A DNA stretch of 64,000 nt from the human T2T-CHM13v2.0 reference genome, Homo sapiens: assembly GCF_009914755.1 (NCBI RefSeq), contig NC_060942.1; one strand, given 5' to 3'. The notes beneath the pieces were generated by a model, which made no database searches, had not been told where the DNA came from, and saw only the letters and a program-made list of their open reading frames with translations. Each line of letters starts with the position of its first letter. Position 1 is the first letter of the stretch. Positions 50,035 through 63,189 of the stretch are shown one piece after another. A program made the translations under genes and the position numbers.

Positions 50035-53000
50035 CCTGGCAAATCCATCTCTGAACGTGAGGTCTGTGGAGGGAGGAAATGCTGTGGACCAGATGGTCAG
50101 AGCAGGCTCCCTGGGAGAGGTGGACTTGAACCAACCTTGGGGATGGCTTGGGCATCATGGCGTCTGCGGTCCTTGCACACTGAGCCTCAGCGTGGACGGG
50201 GAGTCTGTCCCATAGCCTTGTTGGAGGCGGGAAGGATTCTGGGATGGCCGAAGGGGTTGGTAACCTTTGGCCCAAGGGGTCATCAAGGTGTCGCATGTGG
50301 CCCACTTGCTCCGACACTGTCCCTCTCTGGGAACCTGTTTTTCCTTTTTCTCGTCCCCTCTCCCCTCCCATTCCTCATCACCCTTTCTTCCCGTCTCCTC
50401 CCTCAGGTTAAACCTGGAACGAGACCAGGCCCTTCAGGCTCCCAGGAAGTCACAAGGTGTCTCCAGCAGATGTGCTTCATCCAAATCCTCAGCATGAACA
50501 CAGCTTGTCCCACACCCAAATCCTCAAGATGTTCAGGGGGCTCTGTAGTGTGTTCCCCAACCCTGTGCCCTAGTGACTCTTTGCGCTTGCACGTGGTGTC
50601 ATTTATTATGCAGGTGTACTTTGTCAAGGGAGCCCCTCTGCTCACAGCACAGGGAAACCAGCCTCCTGGCTATCTCCTGTCCCTTGTTAATCTGCAAGAC
50701 AAATGGGTGTTGTCATTAGGCCTTGTCACTGTGAAGGGAAGGGAGAGTATCACCATTCCAGCTTGGCATTTTTGTCCCCCCTACCACCCCGCCCCCCGCC
50801 CACTCATCTTGGCCACATGGCCTCCATTTCCGCTCCTGCTTTGTTTCCTCAGCTGGCTCCTGCCCAGACTTCCTGTGGACCACATGGTCAGAGGAGGCTT
50901 CCTGGGAGAGGCGGACTTGGACCAGCCTTGGGGAATGGCTTGGGTGTCATGGCATCTGCTGTCCTTGCACATCGAGCCTCATGGTGGACTAGGGAGTCTG
51001 TCCCATGGCCTCATTGGAGGTGGGAAGGATTCCGAAGGAAGGATTCCCCTCAGGGGGAAGGTTCTGAAAGCAAGAAGCTGACAGCAATTATCTGAAGAGG
51101 TTACAATGGATAGCAATAGTTCCTTGAGGCCACAGACACTCCCATCTGGAACTTTCCTTCCACATCCCAACCACCAGCTTCAGGGGTGGCCCGAGCTCTG
51201 GAGGAAGGAGAGGCTGCAGCTGTTTCCCACTCCAGGCCAAACCGAGCCTTGAGATCCTTCTGACTTGAAAGCAGAGCTGAACACCCTGCCACTGTGTTGT
51301 CTTCAAACCAAAGTTGTTGCTTATAAGGACCCCTTGCCTGCATTTAGCTCTTACAGCATTGAACAAACTTCCTCACAGTAACCTGGCAAGGAGGGCAGAG
51401 CCTATGTTACGATCCCATTTGAGAGAGCAGAGGTGAGGCCCAGGACTTGAGACAGATCCCTTGGCTGGTACTGCCTGCCCAGGAGATGACACAGAATGCA
51501 GGGTCTCCCATGCCTGTGAGTTTGGATGGTGTTGATTAGGCCACATCCAAGACCTGGCTGCATAGGAGCCTCTCCGAATTTCCTCATGGGATTTGTGAGG
51601 CAAGTCTGGCGACAGCAGCATTCTCCCTGATGTCTTAGATTCTCATGTGAGTCCACAGGGCTCAGGCAAGCATTAGACAGACTGGGAGAGGTGACTCAAG
51701 GTGTTCTTTCAAAGCAGAGGAAACAGATTTTGTCATCAGGGAACAAGCTCCCACCAGGCCACCACACCCATTGGTCTGCGTGGTGACTCCTGACACTGGC
51801 TCCGAGGTAGGGTTCCCGGGCAGTGGGGGCTGGGGAGGGGGAAGGCCTGCTTCCCATTGTAGCCCTCCCCAGATGCTGAGTTGCAGCTAGTTCAGCTAAT
51901 TGGCAAGAAAAGGAGAAGCAAAAATAGTGAAAATCTGCGAATTAATAAAACAGCCTTGAAGCAACCGCCAAAATGTGTACAAATCATGAAGTAATTAGAA
52001 GTGTGAAGAATTCTATCGGGTTCGCTGTTTCCAAATCCAACATCTGATCGCTTTAGGAGGCCAAGGGCTGGCAGGCCACAGGGAGTAGAAATTCTTTCCA
52101 TTGCCGTCTGATCTCGCCTCCCTGGGGCCTGGGTTCCCTTGAAATCCTTGCAGGGTCCTGGAAGTTTCCATGGGACTTGCTAGAATCAAATGTTGGCCTT
52201 TTGGGGGCCCGTTAAGCACACGCAACGCCTTATCCAAGTAGCATGTAATATTTTAGAATAATGCTGTTAAGATTTCGCAAAGTGTTTTTTGGATCCATGT
52301 TCTTATTTAATCTCTCACTATCACCAAATATTTTTATGTCAGTGTTTTTCAGAGGAGGGAAGCAAGGCCCAGAGAGTGAAGTGGTGTCAACTCAATTTTA
52401 AGAGCCCATCAGGAGCAGAACTAGGGCTAGAGCCAGGATCTTCTGATAGCCCCTCCGACCTCTCCTCTCCCACCCACATTCCTCCTGTGGGCTCTGCTGC
52501 ATCACTCAATGTGCCAGGCATTTGTCTATCACAATTCTCTCAGCTAACAGCCAACTACTGTTCTCTCTGGCCATGGTTTATTACATTTAGGTAAGTTGTT
52601 CAACCCATTTGTTTGATTAATAAAATAAGACCCAGGCACATTTAGTGATTTGTCGATTTTTCATTTTATTTTATATCCAGATTAGACTGGGGAGAAAAGT
52701 ATTTCTTTTCTTTGTCCTTCTGGAAACACATTATAGAAAGAGATTTCAGGGCTGAAGCCTTGTGGTATACCTAATGCGGAAGGGTAGAAGCAATATGTGA
52801 TTAGAGTTTCATTGCTTGACTTCGTTCTTTCTGCTTTGTGGGGGCTTTCTCAAGAGTAAGTGCTCACATTCGCTAAGATGAGGGAGGGCATTGCTCAGGG
52901 CTGAAATGCAGTGTATTCAGGCTTAGAAATTCTGAGAGCAGAAACCAGAGCAGAACCCTGAGAGAATCATGTAACAAGCTTGACGTGTGTTGTTAATTCC

Positions 53001-53937
53001 CCAAGCGGTAGCAGAAAGCTCCCAGGAGGCTGGCGTTTACATGGTTTATAGCCAGACTGAGCAAACAACAGTGTGATTAAGTTACACGCATTAGTTGGCT
53101 CCATAACCAGAATAGAAATGTATGTTTTAATTTAGGATGGAAAGTTTTCAGCAAAGCACTTGCTACTTGCACAGACTTGTCTCTGGTCCTCAAGTTTGGC
53201 CAACAGTGGAGCACTCTGTGGGAGAGGAAGTCAGAGAGTTGGAGGCAGGTCCAGGAACATAATTTGCAGGGCACAAGTGCAAGATGAAAATTCATGCTCC
53301 TTGTTCACAAATGATGAAGAAATTCAAGACAGCGACAGCAGAGCATCAGCTAAATGCATGGTCCTTTTGAGCTTTGTGGGGCACTGTGACCCCATGGGCC
53401 ATCCGTCTTTGAGGCTGGACCATGTTGGAAACCACTGGAGAAGGCAGGGGGTTGGGGGTTGAGCCTGGGGCTCAGAGGTTCTGTGTTAACCAAATGCCAC
53501 TCAGCTGGAAGATCAGCGATGGAAATCAGTTAACATTTAAGAAATCACCTGGAGGCCCAGGCTCTGTTCCAAGCCATTAGGGATTCGGCAGTGAGCAAGC
53601 AAGGGCTGCTGTGAGTAGGTAAAACTGAGGGTCTTGTCTGTACCTGGGCTTCGTAATAATGATGCCCATCACTGTTGTAGGACCAGGCACGTTATTAAAC
53701 ATGTGCATGTGTCTGGGCATGTTAAGGGCTTTAATGAACATTAGCTTTAGACAGACACGTAAACAGCAGGTGAATGTGTGATGGGGAACCTGAAGGAACC
53801 TCCTGTGTTGGGAGATGGGGGAGGGGAACGCCTAACCCATAGTGGCATTCGGTCTGGTAGGATGCTGGCCGAGTTCCCTTTGGATAGATACTGAGACTTG
53901 AGGGATTTATGCCCCAAAGCTGTTTCCTCCTGTCTTT

Positions 53938-54228
<291 letters not shown>

Positions 54229-54677
54229 TGTTTCCTCCTCTCTTTCTCTCTAGACCAACCTTCCGTAGCCATTCTGGGCATCCAGGAGTACCCAGGATAT
54301 AGGTGCTGACCTGACCCAGCTCCTCTGTCCACAATGTCATCCTCTTCGGACACATCCTTCAAGGTCCTAACTAAAATTCTGCACTCCTCTGCACTCCTCT
54401 GATCCTGCACCTGGCAGGTGCTTAGTGGTCTGCTGGGTAAACAAATATTAGGATTAGCTCCTCATCCTAATATTCACAGCCCTCCGCAGTCTGACCACGT
54501 CTGCCTTTTGGCTGTGCCGCTGCCATCCCTCCAGTACACAGAACCAGCCTCTCTCCCTGAATCAGCCTCCACATTTGTTTTTCCCAGCTGGGAGCCTCAC
54601 CTGTCTTTGCAACTTTGGTTCAGTTCCACAGACAGGTACCAAATGCCTCTGTTTACAGCCTTTCTCCGACCAAGGTA

Positions 54678-55262
54678 CAGTAGATCTTCATTACCCATGG
54701 ATTCTGTATTTGCCAATTTTACTACTCCCTAAAATTTATTTGTATCCCCAAACCAGCACTCACAGTCCTTTCACAGTGATTCGCTGATGTGCACAGAGTG
54801 GTGAAAAATTTGACTCGCCTGACATGCACATTCCCGGCCGAGGTCAGACAGGGTGACACGCTGCCTTCTGGTTTCAGCTCTCATACTGCAAACAAGTGTC
54901 TTCGCAGTCTATTTAGTGCCACTTTTTTTTGTTTTGCATTTTTGTGCTTTTTTGTTGATGGTGATATTGCAGTTCTGAAACGGCTCCTTAAGCATAGCGC
55001 TGAGGTGCTATCTAGTGTTCCTAAGCCCAGGGAGGCTGTGATGTGCCTCACAGAGAAGATGTGTGTGTTAGATAAGCTTTGATCAGACATACGGTTGGCT
55101 GTGAGTTCAATGTTAACGAATCAACAATATTCTGGTACATCCAGAAAAAGGAAGAGGAAATTCACTAACAATGTCCATGAGACCACTCCATTGTTGCCAT
55201 CAGAGGCTGGCAGGAACATGACCATATTAGAATGTAACTACCATGAATAAAGAGGGTCAACT
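54678..55262 (+). mobile_element. TcMar-Tigger deletion derivative (MER82/Tigger9-like)
   Basis: TA|CAGTAGATCTTCATT ... ATAAAGAGGGTCAACT|TA termini with TA TSD; internal transposase HTH remnant. Confidence 0.85.
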
Positions 55263-56345
55263 TAGCGTCTCCTAAGTGTGAGGCATCATTCAAACCCTTC
55301 CTGAACTTTGTGGCTTTCTGCTCAGTCCAGGACCGTGTCCTTGCTCTGTCCTGCAAACTCATTTTGTACCAGCATCTTCCCATTGTATTTAGTACTCAGA
55401 CTCTGACTTCTGATGCCCCTTGAATTGTTATTTTAACTCTCCATGTGTGGCCCCCAGATGATGGTCAGTCCTCTTAGGGCAAAAACCTACTGGCCTCACA
55501 GTGTCCTTCCTGGAGAGATGTGCTGAAGCCAAACGTGGAAAAGTTGTCTGATTAGAATGTGTTTTCAGACAGATACTAAACACAGTAGGAAATAATACAA
55601 CTTTATCAGCAAGATAAATACAATCTTTATCAGCAAGGAACACTTCAGAGTGCCTCCTGCCTCAGGGTGGTTGTGAGAATCAGAGATGTTTGTAAAAGCA
55701 CAAAGTGAACTTGGAAAGTGCCATGTAAGTGTTAGGTGTCTGTTGCTGTTGGCACGTGTGGGTGGCCGTGAGAAAGGCACAGTGGGGGAGCTGCTGGCTT
55801 GATCTCCTAGGTATGGGCCCTACTGTGGTTAGAGGCTTCCAAATGGGGCCCCAGAGTGTCAAACCTACCAAGTATTTCATGCCGTTGAGGGGAAAAGGTG
55901 GCATTTCAGGTGGCCTTGGGTTAGGTCCCCTGGGGCGGCGGCCTCCTCTTTGCTGGCAAAAGCCACGTATTTCTCTCCAAATTTCACGTGGCTGGGAGTT
56001 ACCGTGGGCATTCTGTGGATTGCAGACTCTGTGTTTCTTCTCTTCAGTGAGGGGAGGCCAATTTTCTTTTTGTTGCTGTTTGATTTCCAAATAATTAGAT
56101 TTGCAAAGTTCTTTTGTGTTATGTCAGAATCTGTCATTCCAGTGCCCGTCTCAAATGTCAAGACGCTGCTCCTGATCTTTCCCTTCCAAATGAGTCATCC
56201 AGCATCCCCTCTGCCTGTAGTATTTCCCTCAACCTTGTCTCTTGCATTCTTTCATGTTCTGTCATGTTCTGTGTCTCGTTATGGAATTTTGTGAGTTATA
56301 TTATACACCTCTGGACTTTAATCATTCCTTAAGGACAGAGACTGA

Positions 56346-56702
<357 letters not shown>

Positions 56703-58634
56703 TAAAAACACAATGCTATTTTGTTTTTGTTTTAATTGTCTCTTGGACTGATGGAGTAATTTACTAAAAGCCTTAACAAAGGTTAAGGCTGTAGTCTGGA
56801 TTCCTGGACAATAAGGAAATGGGTGTGCCGAGGTCACACTCCAGCTCCCATGTCTCTGTATGGCAGGGAAGAATCAGCACAGCTCTTGTCTCCTCTGCTG
56901 AGGGGAACAGCTGGTTTGTGGCATAAGAGAGATGGAAAGGACACAAGGTCTTCTCGTGGAGTCTAGAGACTTTGCGAAGGCACTGGGGAATCCCTTTTGC
57001 TGGAAATTTTTAGGCAAAAGTGACATGTGTCTGTCTGGAATGGTTGCCTGGAAACAAGTCTGCCTGGGAGTGAGCCACTGTGCCCATCCCACCCTCGCTG
57101 GACCCAGTAAGAGTGCCTGGGCCCTGGCCTGTTGTGGCAGAAGGGTTTGAAGAGGTCCCACATCCTGTAGCAGTGCGCATTCATCCCAGTTGATGTATAA
57201 ACATCATAACAAGTCCTGGCGCAGAGACTGTTCTAGTGCCTGCATCCCTAGCATATTTGACAACACTGTGGGCTCTGAGGGCTTGATTCTTCTCAGGGGA
57301 CCTCTCTTTGCTCAGTGGCTTCCCACCGCAGCCACTTGGGCTGGCTGCTGCCAGATTAATCTCCCCAAAACACTTTGATCTAAGGCTCAGAAGCCTTAAG
57401 TGGGTTTGCACTGCCTAAGGGATAAAACCTAAACTCCCGAAATCTTACTATAAAGTCCTGGAGGGCAGGGACTCCATCTGATACTCCTTTGTAGTCTCCT
57501 CCTGATGGTTGATAGGGTTGGTGATGAGCTGCCGTGTGTCGGTTTGATTTTATCTGTGGTCACTTCTGGAGAATTGCGAGACTATAGGATTTTCTGTCAG
57601 CTGGCCAATTCTGCATCTAAGGTAGGAAGGATCATCTGCTTTCACTGTGGTGTGTTGCTTTTGCTTGTAACTAGGTGGGGGCCTTAGTAAGAATTCCAGG
57701 AACATTGTGCCATAAATTTGGATTTGGGGAGGGGGAGGAGGTGTAGGAGAACAGTAGTTTGGTAAGAGGTTGAAATTCAGAATTTGTTTTTTTCCAGCTC
57801 CCTGTGGTTCCCAGAAAGAAACCTTTTTATAACTCTCAGGTGCACCATTTCTCTCTTTTCCAAATATGCTCAATGAAAACCGGTGCCTCCCTTCCTATCA
57901 GGACTGGAGCAGAGCTGAGCGGGGGTATTCTGAGCAACTCTTGGTTCTGCTCCTGAAAGGGGCAGGATGTCAGCACCTGGTGTGCATTAATTCAAGTGTT
58001 GTTTGCCTGGCATGTGCAACTTTTTTCAGCATGGCTGTCAGGTGTTTTTTTTTTCTTTTTTTTTTTTTCCTTTTCTGAAAAATTGAGGAACGCATGCTCT
58101 CAGACTGGGTTCAAGAACAAGGTGAGGTCAGTTCCAGGAGTGAAAGATCTGAGTGGTCCATTGTCAGGACTGGGAAACGGTAGCCGAACACGAGTAGTCT
58201 CTTACTTCTCTGAAATCCCTTGGCGTTTATTTTGTTCCTTGATCATTGGCGTGGATCACATCCTGCCTTCTGTCATATTTGACTTACATCAGTTATTAGA
58301 GCATTACCTCTTTTAGAGTGGGGATCAACTGTCATCCATTTTTAAATTTCCCCATAGGCATAAGAGGTGTTTTTGTAGATCATGGAAGAAATTCTGTGAT
58401 CTGAAACAGCCAGGCTCAGCTTTTAATTAGGGAGCCAGGGAACAACTAGGAACCAGGAATTACCAAGGATGAAAATATATTGGTTTAATATCCAAATAAT
58501 ATTATTCCCATTATACCAATGTGCTTCAGTGTTTCTGTTCTAAATTCTTAAGGCCTACAATCATGGGTCGTTTTGCTATCTCCTCCTTCTGTGTAATGAG
58601 ACTCAAGCCACACCAGGTCTTACACACTCCAGAG

Positions 58635-58808
58635 CAGTGGTGCTCAATCCTGACTGCACCTTAGAATCAGCGGGGTTGTTCTTAGACATCCCTATGCTCA
58701 GTTGGCGCTCCAGACCAATCAACTGAGACTCTCCAGGGGAAGGATCCTGGCATCCATATTTGTCAAACTCCTCAGGTGATTCCAGAGTGCAGCCAAGGCT
58801 AAGCATGA
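58635..58808. mobile_element. MER5B
   Basis: CAGTGGTGCTCAA...TTAGAATCA...CTCAGGTGATTCC...TGCAGCCAAGG. Confidence 0.75.
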
Positions 58809-58919
58809 GCTATTTGAGGGCAGCGTATCTGTCTTACTAATCATTATATCTCCAGGGCTTCCTATGGTGCTTGGCACAGAGTGGGTTTTCAGTTAACATC
58901 AGTGCCTCCTGTCAGTATC

Positions 58920-60180
58920 TCCTCATGGATGTCAAATGACTTCAACCAACAGGATTCTGAAACCAAACCCAGAGCCCGTCTCTCTTCCAAGTTTTCCTTC
59001 TCAGCATTTGCATCCCCATATATCTAGTAGTATGAGCCAGAAATTTAGGATTCAACTTCAATGCCCCCTATCACCCCCAACATTCGGGCCCTTTACTGTG
59101 CTTGATGATTTGACATGCTGAATCTCTCTCATATCTATGCATTCATTTCTATACCCACCAGCACCACCCAAATACTATCCAAGTATCCAAATTCAAGATA
59201 CTATCATCAATCCCCTCAACTACCTTAAAAGCTCCCAAGCTGGGCTATCTCTGTAGCGTAGTCCAACCAATCCATTCTCCACACTGTAGTCAGAATCATC
59301 CCTAAAAATGCAAATATGATCTTGTGATCTACTGATTAAAACATCTCAGTGACTTTCTGTTGTTAGGAGACCAAACTCCTTAATGTGATCTGCAAGACTC
59401 CGTGGTCTGGTTCACTAGGCCCTGGTCCATAAGACCCCATGCCTGGTCCGTAAGACCCTCATGATTATTCAACAAGGCCCCTGCAGTCTGGTCCACAGGC
59501 CCCCATGGTCTGGTCCACGGGTGCTTATGGTCCAGTTCATAAGGTCCCTATGGCTTGGTCCTCTAGGCCCCATGGTTCGGTCCACAAGCCTCCATGGTTC
59601 ACAAAGGCCCCAGGATGTGACCCCAAAGGCCCATGGCCTGGTCCACTATAGTCCATGGTGTGGTCCACTAGGCCTTGATGGCCTGGTCCACATGGTCACA
59701 TGGTCTAATCTACTCTCTCAGACTCAATTCACTCCACTCCCTGCCTTATTCTTTGCACTCCAGCCTCTCTTGCACTTACACTTCCTTGCATTCTATGCTG
59801 CCTTCAGGCTTGGGGCCTTTGCACACCCATTTCCTTCTATCTGGAGCACTTTCTCCCTCTCCCTCCTTGCCTAGTTAATTTCTGCTTATTCTTCAGTTCT
59901 CAGCTTAAGGACCCCTAACTCAGTGACACCTTCTCAGGTCCTGGCCCCAAATCCCTTCAATACGTGCTCTCGCAACGTCAGGGTCACTTCCTTGTAAGTT
60001 CTTACCTCCATCTGCAGCTCAACTTCCATTTCTGTGATTATTTGATCAATATCTCTCTGTCCCACCTGACTGAAGCCCCAAGAGGGCAGGGGCTATGTCT
60101 GACTGTTCATTTTATCCCCAGTTCCGAGCAAAGGGCAGGGCAGCTAGGAAGTGCTTGGTAAGTATCTGTGGACTAAATAC
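58920..60180 (+). mobile_element. L2 3' region containing a minisatellite
   Basis: AATCCATTCTCCACACTG, GGGCCTTTGCACA, TCTCAGCTTAA, GAGGGCAGGGGCTATGTCT. Confidence 0.85.
59394..59706. repeat. Degenerate minisatellite, unit about 22 bp, about 14 copies
   Basis: Approximate consensus CCCCATGGTCTGGTCCACAAGG read directly. Confidence 0.85.
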
Positions 60181-60949
60181 CTGCATGTTTTGCAGAATAG
60201 TTCCAAACCTCTTTAGTCTTGCTGCTCTGTAACCAGGTGACTCCTCCTGACCCCTCTTCTCTTAGGCAGGGGCTGCCTCTCCTGCATGAGACCCATGGGG
60301 TGACTCCTGACAGCCCCATTACATAAAATGTTCCACATGACATGTCTGCTTTGCCCTATTTTCAGCAACCTCCTGAAGATCTATTAATATCCATATCCAT
60401 CATTTGCTTTTCTATGGGAACCTTTCAATGTTTCCTAATCTCCCCTGAACTTTCCTAAAGCTGAATTTTTAGGGTCTTCGTGTACATCCTTGATTCCTCC
60501 TGGCCCACAAGGATCTTCAGGAGTTACTCTTTTTCACTTTGGACGCTGCATCATAGTGTCTTACGTCACTCAGATGCTTTTGCGTATTGGTGTTTGTGGT
60601 CTCACGGTAATCTCAGGGGTGGCTGGGTGGAGTATGTGAGATCATCTCTGTTCACGATGAGAACATAAGGCCCAGAATCAATTTCCCAACTCCTGTCACA
60701 GCCTCCTGCTTGCTTCTGTTCCCTAATCTTAAAACCACTTAGAAACAAAATCCTGCATCCAAACCTCGGTTTCTTTGAGTCTTCCCAAAGCACTGGTGAG
60801 AACACTGGACGGGAGCTCAGTTACCTGGTTTCATGCCCTTCTAAGACATCTCCCATCTCTGGGTCTCACTTCACTGACTTTGCAAAATGAGAAGTTTGGA
60901 CCAGATTATTGAGGATCCCTCAGTGACAACAGTGATAATAATAATCATG

Positions 60950-61220
60950 GCATTAATAGTAATAATATTAGCTAACTTTTATTGAGCGCATAGCATGGGT
61001 CAGGCAGTAAGTATTTTACATGTATTAGTTCATTTTTTAATTCTTTAATTCCATCTACAAGCAAACAAAGTAGAGATCTTTGTGGCCCCATTTGACACAT
61101 GTTGAAGGTCAGGTATAGTGAAGTTCAGCAACTTGCCCAAAGCCACTGAGCCAGGAAATGGCAGAGCCAGAATTTGAACCAAAGAACCCTGACTCAAAAC
61201 CCCTCACTCTTAACCAGCTA
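60950..61220 (-). mobile_element. MIR
   Basis: GCTAACTTTTATTGAGCGC...AACTTGCCCAAAGCCAC...GGCAGAGCCAGAATTTGAACC. Confidence 0.8.
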
Positions 61221-61364
61221 AAGTAAAGGACAGGGGATGGGCTTTGGAGTCAGACAGATGTTTAAGGCCTGACTCTGCCACTTGTCAGCAGTGTGGCCCC
61301 AGCCAGGCTACTTCTATGCACCTGTTTCCCCATATGTAAAATAGGAATAATGCCTGCACAGGGG

Positions 61365-61753
61365 TGTATTTGTGTGCTGGGGTTGCTGTGACAGAATACC
61401 ACAGTCTGGGTGAGTTAACCAACAGACACGTATTTTCTCACAGTTCTGGAGGCTTGAAGTCCAAGATCACAGTGTTGGTGGGTTGGTTCCCCTGGAGGTC
61501 TCTCTCCCTGGCTTGCACGTGGCCACCTTCTCACTGCGTCCTCACGTGATTGCCCCTCAGTCTGTGTGTGGCCTACGTCCTAACCTCCTTTCTTATAAGG
61601 ACGTCTGTCATATTAGATTGGGGCCTACCCCGATGACTTCATTTTACCTTAAGAACCTCTTTAAAGACCCTGTCTCCAAATACAATCACATTCTGAGTTA
61701 CTAGGGGTTAGGGCTTCAGCGTATGAATTTGGAGGATACAAGTCAGTCTAACA
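61365..61753 (-). mobile_element. MLT1A-type solo LTR inserted in a MIR
   Basis: TTCTCACAGTTCTGGAGGCTTGAAGTCCAAGATC...CTCCAAATACAATCACATTCTGAG; TSD AGGGG/AGTGG. Confidence 0.9.
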
Positions 61754-62499
61754 AGTGGGTTTTGTGCACCTTAAGGGCATCATGCATGTAAAGGTCCTGA
61801 CTTGGTTAATGCTGGGTCCTTCCCCTCTCTCCACTGGTTCTAACTTCATATCCATTGCTCTATTCCTGGCTAATGATGAGATGCGATGCTAGGTTGGCAA
61901 CATGCGAGTGAGCATTGGGTGGAATCTGTCTGTTTGGCAGCTATTTCTAGAGTGGAAAAAATCTCTGCCTCATTTTAGATTGCTTATGGCATGGTTTACA
62001 GTCCTAGATTTAACATTGGAGGCCTTGAAGTCTTAGAAAAATATTATGATAAATCACAATCCTTCAAACAAGCATGACATATTTTATCCAAGGACGTGAG
62101 CTTGCCTTTCAAAAGTGAATTTATCCTTCTGCCTGAGTAAGGCAGCACGTCTTTCCCCTTGCAGCTGAATAGCTGAGGCATCAGCACTTTTAATACAAAC
62201 AACAACAGGCATCCTGGAGTTGCCAAGAGCCGCTGCACCCTGAAGGTTTCCGTATTTACTGCCGGGTGTCACTTTCTCTTCTGGGAGACCACCTATCCAA
62301 AGTCACAGTAGGTTAGAGGTGAACGACCCAAGAGGAGCCAAGGGAGTTGAAACCTAAGTCAGCACTGTTGCATTAATGCAGTTGTTCTAGCATGGAGAAA
62401 TGAACATGAAAAGAAATGTGGGAGTCTTTTCGGAGAGAGATGAAGTTCTGGAAGGAATAACTGAGAGTCAGTAGCAGCAGCAGCATCAGCAGCATCCTA

Positions 62500-62725
62500 A
62501 TCCTATTAGCAGCTGCTGTTGACGGAGTGGCTGCTCCCTGCCAGGCACTAAGCAATGTCCTTGTGTACATGATCTCCAGCCTCTATATTGCCCTGAGAAG
62601 TGGATTTGATTATCCTGTTCTTCAGACAGGGAACTGAGACTCAGCAGTATTAAACCACCTGCCCAAGGTGCTATGCTAGGAAACAGCAGAGCCAGGGTTC
62701 CAAGCCAGGTCTGCTTATCTGCAGG
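62500..62725 (-). mobile_element. MIR
   Basis: CAGACAGGGAACTGAGACTCAG...TGCCCAAGG...GCAGAGCCAGGGTTC. Confidence 0.7.
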
Positions 62726-63189
62726 CCTCCACAGAGGAGGAAGGCCTTATATGGGCACAACCTGGGAATGTCATGTAGGTGACCAGGCAGATGGGGGAGA
62801 GCAGCTGCCTCCTAAGTCAAGAGGGAGCGCCCTGGTACCCCAGGCTCAAAATGGCCTTGCTGTTTCAGAAACCTGGGGAATGGAGAAAAACACAGCTAAA
62901 CCTTGGCCTGTGGGTGGAAGTGAGCAGCCTTGAAGACATAAAGTAATTCCCTAAGGGCTGGTGCCAAGCTGGATGACTGGAAATGGGAGTGAACCAAGAA
63001 AGCAGAAATCTTTAAGCCTGAGCCAAATTAGTTAAGTTCTGAGACAGAAATCTGTCATCTGCCTTTTCTCTATGTAGTTTGCATCCTGAAAAACCCTTTT
63101 CCATGGTGTTCACTGAGTGGGCTCTGAGAGTTTGGTATTTTGTTAAGGGAGGTGGGGGTAAATGAGAAAAAGCTGTAATCTTAGTGTTG

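Larger units (their letters stand above)
49437..50053. mobile_element. MER53-like hAT MITE split by MLT2, itself inside an L2 fragment
   Basis: CTGAAGCTTATACA...GGAAGGGGC...AGTGAGG...CTTAAG and, after the LTR, GGCAAATCCATCTCTG. Confidence 0.65.

Noticed and set aside
57798-58121. Possible exon ending at AAG|GTGAGG
   Set aside because: Several competing acceptors and an internal poly-T tract; boundaries cannot be supported
59394-59706. CRISPR-like appearance of the short repeated units
   Set aside because: Units are head-to-tail and degenerate with no unique spacers, no cas genes, and a eukaryotic L2 context
62470-62495. CAG-rich run
   Set aside because: Short and interrupted, at a MIR tail position, not in a supported exon
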